Shown piece after piece: positions 28,174-37,346 of a stretch of DNA of 64,000 nucleotides. The notes under the pieces are model-generated. The model saw nothing but the letters and a program-made list of their open reading frames with translations, searched no databases and had not been told where the DNA came from. A program made the position numbers and the translations under genes. This stretch comes from Saprospiraceae bacterium (GTDB lineage: Bacteria > Bacteroidota > Bacteroidia > Chitinophagales > Saprospiraceae), in assembly GCA_040401995.1 (NCBI GenBank), contig JBBANM010000030.1, forward strand, positions 3,390 to 67,389, read 5' to 3'. How positions within the stretch are numbered: position 1 is the stretch's first letter; every line of letters starts with the position of its first letter.

Positions 28174-29355
28174 ATGCAAAAAAATATAGTCCACGCAGCC
28201 GCTAGTTTTGTCCGTAAATTTTACGACGAACATCAGGATGCGCGCTTGGTTTTTCACAACTATCAATTGGCGCACCAAACTGCGGCTTTGGTAGTCGAAA
28301 TCGCCCAAGCTGACCACATTTCTGCTGAAGAAACCGAAGCAGCTGCATTGGCTGCTTGGTTTTTGCCATTGGGATTTACTTTGGATTATCGCCATCCGCT
28401 CAACGCAAGTTTGCAGGAAATGGGTCGCTTTTTTTTGATTCATCCTTATCCCGATGCGCAACGCATCAAAGTTGTACAGACTTTACAAACGATTGGCAAC
28501 ACCCAAACGCCGGCCAGCGCGGAAGAAAGATTGCTTAATGATGCATTTTTTATTGCTGCTTACTTGATCGATAGCGAAAACCGTAGTGCTTTGCTAAAAT
28601 TAGAATGGAAACTCGTAGAAAAACGAGAATTCAAAAAAATGGACTGGCTGGAACTTCGAATCCAGCAGTTGTTGACGATCAAATTGCAAAAACATTATTC
28701 CAAACTGACTTACGAACCCCAACTTGCGCAGCAATTGCTAGCATTGACGGAAGCACAAAGCAAAGCGGAAAAAAAACAAGTCAAAAAGGGCGACAAAACT
28801 CGATTCCAATATGCCGAAGAACCTGATACTGCCCGGCAAGCACAATCTTTTTTTCGCATCAACTACCGCAACCACATCAATTTAAGCTCTATTGCCGACA
28901 ATAAGGCCAATATCATGATCAGCGTAAATGCTATCCTGATCAGTGTGATGATTTCATTTTTATCGTACCGCAATGCTGCTGCTACCAACCCGATGATTCT
29001 GCTGCCGGTGGTGATTTTTTTAGTAACGGGGTTGGCATCGCTGATCTTTGCAGTTTTATCAGCTCGCCCAAAGGTAACTAACTTGAACTCGAAGGCTGGT
29101 CTTAGCAAAACTGAGATCGTCCGCAACGTGGTATTTTTTGGCAATTTTGTGCCCTTGTCGATAGATGATTATGAAGAAGCGATGGATACGGTATTCCGCA
29201 ATAGCGAATTGTACATCGGCAATCTTACCCGAGATTTGTATTTCCTGGGTAAGGTGCTTGACAAAAAATACCGATTCCTGACGGCTTCGTACAATATTTT
29301 TATGGTGGGTTTTGTAGTTACAGTGGCTACTTTTTTGTGGGTATTGTTTGCTTGA
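28174..29355 (+). CDS. HD-like N-terminal domain fused to a DUF5706 / Pycsar-effector-like transmembrane domain
   Basis: 393 aa. N-terminus 'FHNYQLAHQTAALV...AAWFLPLGF'. C-terminus 'INLSSIADNKANIMISVNAILISVMISFL' plus two more TM helices. Confidence 0.65.
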   Translation: MQKNIVHAAASFVRKFYDEHQDARLVFHNYQLAHQTAALVVEIAQADHISAEETEAAALAAWFLPLGFTLDYRHPLNASLQEMGRFFLIHPYPDAQRIKVVQTLQTIGNTQTPASAEERLLNDAFFIAAYLIDSENRSALLKLEWKLVEKREFKKMDWLELRIQQLLTIKLQKHYSKLTYEPQLAQQLLALTEAQSKAEKKQVKKGDKTRFQYAEEPDTARQAQSFFRINYRNHINLSSIADNKANIMISVNAILISVMISFLSYRNAAATNPMILLPVVIFLVTGLASLIFAVLSARPKVTNLNSKAGLSKTEIVRNVVFFGNFVPLSIDDYEEAMDTVFRNSELYIGNLTRDLYFLGKVLDKKYRFLTASYNIFMVGFVVTVATFLWVLFA

Positions 29356-29476
29356 ATCAATAATGCAGCAACCAAAAAACATCGTTTACGTTAAAAAAAA
29401 ATTAATATCAAAATGCCTGATATTTTTTAACTTTCGCAACCCGTTGAGCAAGTGAAAATATGAAAACCCTCTTATT

Positions 29477-30796
29477 ATGAAAACGCGTATTGGTTGGACT
29501 TTTCTTTTTTTGGTATTTACGCTTCCTGCATGGGCTCAAATGCAGGAAAAAGAATTGAAATTGGCTTATATCGAACAATTCAAACTGCTGGCGGTAAGCG
29601 AAATGGAACGTTCAGGAGTGCCGGCTAGCATTAAACTGGGTCAGGGCTTGCTGGAGTCGCGCTGGGGTACCAGCGATCTGGCTTCCAAGGCCAACAACCA
29701 TTTTGGGATCAAATGTGGCGGTATTTGGGATGGTCCTACCTACTACAAAAAAGACGACGATACCGATGCCAATGGCAATCTCATCAATTCTTGTTTTCGC
29801 AGCTATGCAAGTGCAATGCAATGTTTTATGGATCACTCCAACTTTTTATTGGATCCCCGCAAAGTAGAACGGTATGGTTTTTTATTTGAATTGCCCCGTA
29901 CCGATTATCGCTCTTGGGCAGAAGGACTAAAAAAAGCGGGGTATGCAACCGATGGCACTTACCACCATAAATTGATCAAAATCATTGAAGAGTTTTCTTT
30001 GTTTCAATACGATTCGCTGTCTACTGCTCAGGTGATGGCCTCGATGGGAACGATCCCTTCGGGCACTTTGGCCATGGAACGGCCGCCAATACAGCTCAAA
30101 AATAGCTCCGTTCTTGTGTTCAATGATGTAGAATATGTGCAATCCGTACCTGATCAAACCATCCGCGATGTCGCTACTAGGCACTCTATTTCAGTAAAAA
30201 CACTATTGCACTACAACGATAATTTGTATACAGCTGATGTCCCCTTGCCAATTGGTTCACGGGTGTTTTTGCAGCCCAAACGCAAGAGTTTCCGTGGCAA
30301 AACCCGTTTTCACTTGGTGAAAAATGGCGATAACATGGGCTCCATCTCCAATCTTTATGCCGTTTCTTTGGATGCGCTTTATCAACGCAACCGTATGACG
30401 CCCGGAGAGGAACCGTTATCCGATGAAAAAATAAAATTACGGGGTGGTAAAGGTAAAACGCCAAAATTGGATACCCCGGCAAAACCACCTGTTTTTTCAC
30501 AACCCCCTGTTTATAATCCTACTTTAAATACTGGCGGCGGCTCAAATCCAATGGGCGAATCGACCAGTAAACCGATTCCTAGCAAACCCAATACCGAACA
30601 GGCCCAGCCTACCAACCCTTCCAATAGTGCGATTGCGCATCCGGTAACAGCACCGCAATATTACTTGGTGCTACATGAAGAAACGCTGGATAGTATTGCT
30701 CAAAAACTCAATACCACAACTGATACCTTGCGAAAAATCAACAATCTAGCTCCCGATGCCGCTGTACGCCCAGGCATGAGAATTCGAATTAGATAG
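29477..30796 (+). CDS. Peptidoglycan N-acetylglucosaminidase (FlgJ-like glucosaminidase domain) with LysM repeats
   Basis: 439 aa with a signal peptide. 'GVPASIKLGQGLLESRWGTSDLASKANNHFGIKC'. LysM-like 'HLVKNGDNMGSISNLYAVSLDAL' and 'YLVLHEETLDSIAQKLNTTTDTLRKINNL'. Confidence 0.85.
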   Translation: MKTRIGWTFLFLVFTLPAWAQMQEKELKLAYIEQFKLLAVSEMERSGVPASIKLGQGLLESRWGTSDLASKANNHFGIKCGGIWDGPTYYKKDDDTDANGNLINSCFRSYASAMQCFMDHSNFLLDPRKVERYGFLFELPRTDYRSWAEGLKKAGYATDGTYHHKLIKIIEEFSLFQYDSLSTAQVMASMGTIPSGTLAMERPPIQLKNSSVLVFNDVEYVQSVPDQTIRDVATRHSISVKTLLHYNDNLYTADVPLPIGSRVFLQPKRKSFRGKTRFHLVKNGDNMGSISNLYAVSLDALYQRNRMTPGEEPLSDEKIKLRGGKGKTPKLDTPAKPPVFSQPPVYNPTLNTGGGSNPMGESTSKPIPSKPNTEQAQPTNPSNSAIAHPVTAPQYYLVLHEETLDSIAQKLNTTTDTLRKINNLAPDAAVRPGMRIRIR

Positions 30797-30871
30797 ACTA
30801 AAGATCCCAAAAAACCATTATTTTTGACTGACCTTCACGGTGCACATTCAGTAACCTACATCAACACGATC

Positions 30872-32551
30872 ATGAGCGATTTTCGTCCCTGGCTTAAGTA
30901 CTACCCGCATGGCGTTCCGGCCAATATCAACCCTGAGGAATACCTTACCCTGGTTGATCTTTTTGAATCTTGTTTTGAAAAATTCAAAGACAAGATGGCT
31001 TTCTCCTGCATGGGCAAAGAAATTACTTATGCTGAAGTAGATCGTTATTCAGCTCATTTTGGCGCTTACCTACTAAGTCGTGGTTTGGAACCGGGCGATA
31101 AAATTGCGCTCATGATGCCCAATTTGTTGCAATATCCGATTGCTTTGTTTGGCGCTTTGCGCGCGGGTTTGATTGTGGTCAACACCAATCCGCTGTATAC
31201 GCCCCGCGAAATGAAACATCAATTTGTAGATTCAGAGGCGAAAGCAATTGTTATTGCTGAAAATTTTGCCGCGAATTTGCAAAAAATCATCGCCGAAACG
31301 CAGATCAAAACGGTGATCACCACCAGTATTGGCGAAATGCTGGGTTTTCCTAAAAAACTAGTGGTCAATTTCGTTATTCGCAATTTGCGCCGCATGGTGC
31401 CTCGCTACGAACTTTTTAATGCGGTTTCTTTTACCGAAGCGCTTACCCAAGGCAAAAAATTCAAATTGCCTGCGCACCCTGGCAAACCTGATGACGTAAT
31501 CCTGCTGCAATATACGGGAGGGACTACTGGCCTGTCCAAAGGCGCCATGCTCACCAACCGCAACATGGTTTCCAATATGCTCCAAATTCGGGCTTGGGCT
31601 TCGCCTTACTTGGCAGAAGGCAAAGAAATTGCCCTTTGCCCGCTGCCCTTGTACCATATTTTTGCCTTCACAGTCAACTGTTTGGCCATGATGAGTTTTG
31701 GAGCGCTATCGGTGCTGGTAACCAATGCGCGCGATATCCCTTCGGTCATAAAAACCATGAAATCCTACAAGGTTTCATTGATGACGGGAGTGAATACGCT
31801 TTTTAATGCATTGATCAACAATCCAGAATTTGCTAAGCTTGATTTTAGTAGTCTGAAAGTTGCGTCGGGCGGTGGGATGGCAGTACAAAGATCAGTTGCC
31901 GAACAATGGCAACGCATTACCGGTTGCGTGCTTTCTGAAGGGTACGGCATGACGGAGTCCTCACCCGTTGTTACGACCAATCCTTATGATAAATCGGGTC
32001 AAATTGGCACCATCGGCATTCCAATGCCATCAACTGATGTACGCATTGTCGATGATCAAGGACATATAGTTGGCCCCAATCAGATCGGCGAATTGCAGGT
32101 GAAAGGGCCGCAGGTAATGAAAGGGTATTACAACCAACCTGCCGAAACCGCCAATACCATTGTGGATGGGTGGTTGCTAACTGGCGATATTGGCTTGATG
32201 CAAGAAGATGGTTTTTTCCGCATCGTCGACCGCAAAAAAGACATGATCTTGGTTTCTGGTTTTAATGTATTCCCCAATGAGGTGGAGGATGTCATTGCCT
32301 CCCACCCAAAGGTGCTTGAAGTGGCCGTTATTGGAGTTGGAGATGCTAAATCGGGGGAGGTTGTCAAGGCTTTTGTGGTAAAAAAAGACAAATCCTTGGA
32401 CAAGGACGAGTTGTTGGCGTATTGCAAAGAAAACCTGACGGCTTATAAAATCCCTAAGCAAATTGAATTCCGCACTGAATTACCCAAAACGAATGTAGGT
32501 AAAATCTTGCGGCGTGCCCTCAAGGAAGGGGAAGCTACTCAAGAGGCTTGA
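30872..32551 (+). CDS. fadD: Long-chain fatty-acid--CoA ligase
   Basis: AMP-binding motif 'LQYTGGTTGLSKGAML', 'GYGMTESSP', 'GDIGLMQEDGFFRIVDRKKDMI'. The ATG at 30872 is preferred over the TTG at 30824. Confidence 0.9.
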   Translation: MSDFRPWLKYYPHGVPANINPEEYLTLVDLFESCFEKFKDKMAFSCMGKEITYAEVDRYSAHFGAYLLSRGLEPGDKIALMMPNLLQYPIALFGALRAGLIVVNTNPLYTPREMKHQFVDSEAKAIVIAENFAANLQKIIAETQIKTVITTSIGEMLGFPKKLVVNFVIRNLRRMVPRYELFNAVSFTEALTQGKKFKLPAHPGKPDDVILLQYTGGTTGLSKGAMLTNRNMVSNMLQIRAWASPYLAEGKEIALCPLPLYHIFAFTVNCLAMMSFGALSVLVTNARDIPSVIKTMKSYKVSLMTGVNTLFNALINNPEFAKLDFSSLKVASGGGMAVQRSVAEQWQRITGCVLSEGYGMTESSPVVTTNPYDKSGQIGTIGIPMPSTDVRIVDDQGHIVGPNQIGELQVKGPQVMKGYYNQPAETANTIVDGWLLTGDIGLMQEDGFFRIVDRKKDMILVSGFNVFPNEVEDVIASHPKVLEVAVIGVGDAKSGEVVKAFVVKKDKSLDKDELLAYCKENLTAYKIPKQIEFRTELPKTNVGKILRRALKEGEATQEA

Positions 32552-32571
32552 TCTCAAGTATAAAACGCCAC

Positions 32572-32625
32572 AAAAAAAATTGCACATCAAATAGGATTGC
32601 CTTATCCGATGTGCAATTTTTTTTC
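32572..32625. terminator. Bidirectional terminator hairpin overlapping the 3' end of the ABC ATPase gene
   Basis: A-tract, stem 'attgcacatc' (32579-32588) pairing with 'gatgtgcaat' (32608-32617), then a T-tract. The right arm lies inside the last codons of the minus-strand gene that ends at 32602. Confidence 0.6.
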
Positions 32626-33975
32626 CTGGATCCAAGCTTTGTGATCAATACTGGTCAGAATTTCCGATTGCTCGTGCGCAATTTGCAAAAACGTGCGATC
32701 TGGAGTTGCCAAACGGGTGAATAGCTTTTGCACCAAGTTGGTTTTTTCTTCATCCAGCCCTTGAAAAGGCTCATCCAAAATAATCACCGGAGGGTTCAAC
32801 ACCAATGCTCGGGCAATCATCACCAATTTTTTTTCACCTGCCGACAGCTGTCCGAGGCTAACTTGTTCAAAAGCGCTCAATCCCAAAGCGGCTAAAAGCG
32901 TATGGATATAATCGTTTTCTTCGTCCGTTGCTCGGCGCGTGAGCACCTGCGTACCCGTAAGGCCCGACCGCGCTACCGCCCACACCGTAGCCGTTTGCGG
33001 CCAATAATTTTGAACTTCGGGGGATACCAGTCCTATCCGTGATTTGATTTGCCAGATGCTTTCCCCCGATCCGCGTTTTTTGTCAAAAACCGTAATATCA
33101 TAGCCATAAGCGCTGGGGTTATCCGCGTAAAAAAAACTAGTGAGCGTTGTTTTTCCTGAACCATTTGCCCCTTGCAACAGCCATTTTTCTCCTTTCCGGA
33201 TTGTCCAGTTTACATTTTCAAGCAATGTTTTTCCGCCTACCATGATGTCGGTATCACGGATTTGAAAAGCCGTTTCAAAATCTGCCTTAAACCCTGAAAT
33301 GATCGGAAGTTCTACCGGTTTGGATAATCCGGTGCGCGAATGGAAAGGAGCTAAACGTATAACCTGAACATTTTCATGGGGTTTGAAATGGGATTTTACC
33401 GTTAACACCACCAAGCAGACGTTTTTTCCCTGATGGAATTGCTGCAAAAAATTCGAAAGCTCCCGGGCAGAAGCGGTATCTAAACCCGTAAAAGGGTTAT
33501 CCAGCAGATAAATTTGGGCAGGCTTGAGGAGCGTTTTGGCAATGAGCACTTTACGTGTTTCGCCGCTCGACAAATCGATCAGTTCACGTTGCAACAAGTA
33601 TTCAGGAAAACCCATTTTCACAAAATCATCCGCTGCTGGATTCGCTTGATGCCGCTTGAGAAAATCGATCACTTTGATGGATTCACCGCGAGCGCCCGAT
33701 TGGTAGCGCTCTTGGTAATAAGATTTGTCGTATTGAAAAACCGAGCCATCCGCAGTGAAATCGGTATAGGAAATATCCTTGAAACTTAGGTGCCGGATCA
33801 CCCTGTCAGGAGTGAATACTTTTCCACACAATACCCTTGCCAAGTAAGATTTTCCAGAACCGTTGGGGCCTACAATTTCGTAGAGCCGATTGGGCTCAAG
33901 GCGAAAAGAAACCGGAGTATCCCCCACCTTGAGCTGATCAACTTGAATGAGTGGCGTCATTCTATTTATCCTCAA
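32602..33975 (-). CDS. Tandem ABC ATPase without fused permease (ModF-like)
   Basis: 457 aa. Two Walker A motifs 'GPNGSGKS' and 'GANGSGKT'. Signatures 'LSSGETRK' and 'LSAGEKK'. Confidence 0.85.
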   Translation of the reverse strand: MRINRMTPLIQVDQLKVGDTPVSFRLEPNRLYEIVGPNGSGKSYLARVLCGKVFTPDRVIRHLSFKDISYTDFTADGSVFQYDKSYYQERYQSGARGESIKVIDFLKRHQANPAADDFVKMGFPEYLLQRELIDLSSGETRKVLIAKTLLKPAQIYLLDNPFTGLDTASARELSNFLQQFHQGKNVCLVVLTVKSHFKPHENVQVIRLAPFHSRTGLSKPVELPIISGFKADFETAFQIRDTDIMVGGKTLLENVNWTIRKGEKWLLQGANGSGKTTLTSFFYADNPSAYGYDITVFDKKRGSGESIWQIKSRIGLVSPEVQNYWPQTATVWAVARSGLTGTQVLTRRATDEENDYIHTLLAALGLSAFEQVSLGQLSAGEKKLVMIARALVLNPPVIILDEPFQGLDEEKTNLVQKLFTRLATPDRTFLQIAHEQSEILTSIDHKAWIQEKKLHIG

Positions 33976-34444
33976 TGGCTTTGTCCCAACAATCGATGAT
34001 GGATTTCAAGATCACAAAAATAGGTTCGCGACCTTCTTTAGTGACAAAGCTTTCTTCATCTTCTTGCAAGGCATCCTCCAAAAAAGCCAACAAATCTTCT
34101 TGGTTGGCGGTGTCGAAAAAAATGTCGAGGCGATCTTTGAAACGCTTAGCTTCTATATGCTCCAATTTGCTCCAGTTGACTTCTTCTGCTTCAGCGATGG
34201 CTTCGGCAGAAATTTCGGGCATATTGGGGTGAACCCGGCGAACCGCGTCCCACATGATCAATAACAAGTAATGGATGTAGTCCAGTTCTTCTTCGGTGAA
34301 AGCCGTAGAATCATCGTCATTCAGATAAGACAGTATGGCGGGTTGTTTTTGCTCTAAATCGGCAAGTACCTCATCGTACTTATCATCGTCATCGCTGATT
34401 ACATCTACCGCTGCATCGATTAATTTATCGTCAATGTATTTCAT
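33962..34444 (-). CDS. Hypothetical highly acidic cytoplasmic protein
   Basis: About 160 aa from the ATG at 34444, rich in D/E. Its stop overlaps the ABC ATPase start by 14 nt. Confidence 0.55.
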   Translation of the reverse strand: MKYIDDKLIDAAVDVISDDDDKYDEVLADLEQKQPAILSYLNDDDSTAFTEEELDYIHYLLLIMWDAVRRVHPNMPEISAEAIAEAEEVNWSKLEHIEAKRFKDRLDIFFDTANQEDLLAFLEDALQEDEESFVTKEGREPIFVILKSIIDCWDKAIEDK

Positions 34445-34553
34445 GGCAAAAAGAGTTGATGGGTGAACCAAACTGCTGACACGTAAAAACGTTTTTGAAG
34501 CATTCTTGGCACATTGAAAAAATATCGCTGCAAATTACCAGGATTTTGTAGGA

Positions 34554-36959
34554 TTAGTTATCCTTTAGATCAAAAAACATCACTTCAACCCTTTGGTTTT
34601 TGCAACGCGCCTGTACCGTATCATTTTTATCGATCTGGTTGGTCTTGCCCAAGCCCCGATAATGCACCCGAAGGGGATCCAAACCCCGATTAATGAGTTG
34701 TTCGGCAAGTACCTGTCCACGCTCGGAAGTAATAGCCGATGCAAATTCATAAGTTAGATTGTTGTGGGTATAAACACTGAGATTTACACCAATGCGAGGG
34801 TTAGCTTTTAAATACTCAATCAAGCGATCGAGCTCGTGAAATGAGTTGGTGTCCAAAATGGCCGTATTGGCTTCAAAAAAAATATTTTCCATCAGAATAG
34901 GTCCCCGGCGACTCAAAGAATTGAGCTCTACATCCAAGATCTGATCGTTTTTTCCCACCACAAAAAGCGTATCCTGATCCGCTTTTTGTTTTGTAGTAAC
35001 TCCATTACCTACTATCCGGCGCAATTGTTTTTCGATGTTTTTTTGCGCTTCAAGCTTCCCCTGCAGGTTATTGCTGGCAAAAACACGTTCAATTTTTTTG
35101 TAATCCAATTCAACCTGTTTTTTCAAATAGGTATCCATCGAGGCTCGAAATGTTTTGATTAGCTCCTTTTCAACTTTTGATTTGATCAGGTCATTTAGTT
35201 TACGGGCAAAGGGCTCTTCCCAATCTTGGTACTTTGGGCGTATAAATCGATCAATGAATATTTCTGTCGAGGCATTTAAGGGATGCTCCTCTAACTCATT
35301 GAGTGCTTTGATCAGCCAAGGATTAAGCGTACTCAACTCTTTGGCAGTAAATTGTTTTTCCTTAAATGACCGAAAAGCATCTGGTCGTAGTTCTTTGGAA
35401 AACTTGAGTAGCGTTGGGGTTAGCAATTCAAGACGGATTTGGTTTTTTATTTTTTTATAAAACCCTTTGAAATCAGCTTCCTCGCTGACTTTACTCAATA
35501 CGGGGCTTTTGGTTGATCCATGAAACTCTAAAGCTTCTTGGGCAAAAGTGGCATCGTATTGCTTTTTTAGCCCTAAAATCTCTTGATCAAAATCTTGGGT
35601 AACGTCCTCCCTGTTTTGATTGGCAATGATTTGGTTTTTTTTATTCTGGATATTCGCCAGGCTAGATTCAAAATCTTTCCCGAATAAGTCGATGTCTTTA
35701 TCTAGGCCATCAATAGAGAGTTGCAAGCTTTCAATTTCTTTCTCACGAATTTGGTAGTTGGGGTCTTTCTCCTGCAACTCTTTGAGCTCTTCCGAAGTTC
35801 GGTCTTCAGTTTCAAGTACAATGTTCCCTGGGTTAAAGGTGTAACTGGTGGAGAAAAAACTGTCTTGTGTTGCATACAAACCTATCGCAACCGAAGGCGA
35901 AAACACCATTTTGTACTTGCCATCTCGACCCACTGGAAGGATACTTTCTTTTATTTCGCCGCCGTTGGTTTGTAAATTGTAGAAATGCAGTTGCGCCGCC
36001 ATGGGTAAATGGGTATTTTTTTCTCTGACAATGCCTTCAAGCAAAATTACTGGCTGAGGCCGTAGCAACTCAGGAATGGCATTTTGAAAAATCATGGAGC
36101 TACCCTTCTTTTCTTGAACAGAAAAAATGCCGATCTCTCCGGCTACATCAGTTGAAAAAAACGCTTCGTCGGCAGGCGAATTGATGCCAGCTCCAAGATT
36201 GATGGGCATGCTCCATTTTTCCCAGCTATTATCACTCCGGCGGCTCATGAAAATATCTTGACCGCCCAATCCATCTTTCCGGCCATTGGAAGAGAAATAT
36301 AAGGTGCTACCATCTGGAGCAAAAAAAACCGTGCTTTCATCGCCTTCAGAATTGATCAGCGGACCCAGGTTTTTCAACGTACCCCAATTCAGGTGATCCT
36401 TGCGTTGCGCGATGTAAATATCGGTTTTGCCCCAGCCATCATCCGGATAATAGATACAAGCAAACAGCCAGTTTTCATCGATGGATACAAAAGCATGTCG
36501 GATTTCAGCCAACGAATCCAGGTTTTCGATAGACATTGTTTGTGGATACTGCCAACTGCGCCCGTTTCTTTCGGTTAGTGCAATTTCTGTTTTCCCTTGT
36601 TGGTTTTTTTGGCATAAAAAAAGCCGATTTCCATCCAAGCTCACCGAAAAAATCTGATTTTCCGACTCGTTATTGATCGGCGGGCCTAAATTGAGCGCAT
36701 TCCGCCATTGTCCATTGTAATTCAAATCCGACTCCCAAATATCGCTTAGGTCATCAAACCCAAAATTAGCGGGATGCCCGCCGCGCGAGAAAAAGATGGC
36801 GTCTCCTGCGGGGATGATCAAGGGTGCATATTCGCTATACGTAGAGGAAAAAATGGGTGTTCGGGAAGAGATGGACGGCGTATATTGTCCGCTTAACCGA
36901 ATGGACAGCAGACAAAAAAGCAGCAGTTTTTGTATTAAATTTTTCCAACCTTTCATCAA
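34554..36959 (-). CDS. OmpA-family protein with TolB-like beta-propeller repeats and a coiled-coil region
   Basis: 801 aa. Repeated 'E..P..S.DG..L.F' PD40-like units, a central charged coiled coil, and a C-terminal OmpA motif 'NQRVEVMFFD'. Confidence 0.8.
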   Translation of the reverse strand: MMKGWKNLIQKLLLFCLLSIRLSGQYTPSISSRTPIFSSTYSEYAPLIIPAGDAIFFSRGGHPANFGFDDLSDIWESDLNYNGQWRNALNLGPPINNESENQIFSVSLDGNRLFLCQKNQQGKTEIALTERNGRSWQYPQTMSIENLDSLAEIRHAFVSIDENWLFACIYYPDDGWGKTDIYIAQRKDHLNWGTLKNLGPLINSEGDESTVFFAPDGSTLYFSSNGRKDGLGGQDIFMSRRSDNSWEKWSMPINLGAGINSPADEAFFSTDVAGEIGIFSVQEKKGSSMIFQNAIPELLRPQPVILLEGIVREKNTHLPMAAQLHFYNLQTNGGEIKESILPVGRDGKYKMVFSPSVAIGLYATQDSFFSTSYTFNPGNIVLETEDRTSEELKELQEKDPNYQIREKEIESLQLSIDGLDKDIDLFGKDFESSLANIQNKKNQIIANQNREDVTQDFDQEILGLKKQYDATFAQEALEFHGSTKSPVLSKVSEEADFKGFYKKIKNQIRLELLTPTLLKFSKELRPDAFRSFKEKQFTAKELSTLNPWLIKALNELEEHPLNASTEIFIDRFIRPKYQDWEEPFARKLNDLIKSKVEKELIKTFRASMDTYLKKQVELDYKKIERVFASNNLQGKLEAQKNIEKQLRRIVGNGVTTKQKADQDTLFVVGKNDQILDVELNSLSRRGPILMENIFFEANTAILDTNSFHELDRLIEYLKANPRIGVNLSVYTHNNLTYEFASAITSERGQVLAEQLINRGLDPLRVHYRGLGKTNQIDKNDTVQARCKNQRVEVMFFDLKDN

Positions 36960-37024
36960 AATAAAGCAATAACCTACTTACGAAATCCAATTTACCTTAT
37001 ATATATTGAGCCCAGTGTATTTAA

Positions 37025-37181
37025 GGAACGGTTAAGCAGTAAAGTATCCATTTATCCTTGCTCTTTCATCGCCACTCTTCCTATCTTTTTCGTTAAATAG
37101 CGCTGCTGTTCGCCTCAAAAGATAGTCGATTGGCAGCAAAATAGCGGCGGCTAAAACGACACTTTATTATTCACTCGTTCC
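37025..37181 (-). mobile_element. 157-bp MITE copy 5 (reverse orientation, apical subfamily A)
   Basis: Reverse complement of the family consensus. It is flanked by 'taa' at 37022-37024 and 'taa' at 37182-37184. Confidence 0.8.
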
Positions 37182-37346
37182 TAAGACTCTAAATAACTAC
37201 AATCTGCTGTATGGATTGGCGCAATTGAAAAGATTTTTATATAAACAGGGTTGGCGCAACTTCGTTTAAATCGTATTTTCGAGGCAAAAGCCCTAGTTTT
37301 AGAGGTTCCTAATTTTTCCATCGGATCAATCCTAAGGTTAAACAAT

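Noticed and set aside
28174-29355. A complete Pycsar defence system
   Set aside because: Only an effector-like TM domain is present. There is no pyrimidine cyclase gene within several kb on either side.
30824-30871. TTG-initiated N-terminal extensions in the ORF track (also 37251-37346, 17791-17826, 45701-45724, 55343-55366, 48014-48073)
   Set aside because: In each case a downstream ATG gives an N-terminus that matches the family's normal start or a signal peptide or lipobox. The extensions add unconserved residues or overlap upstream genes or elements.
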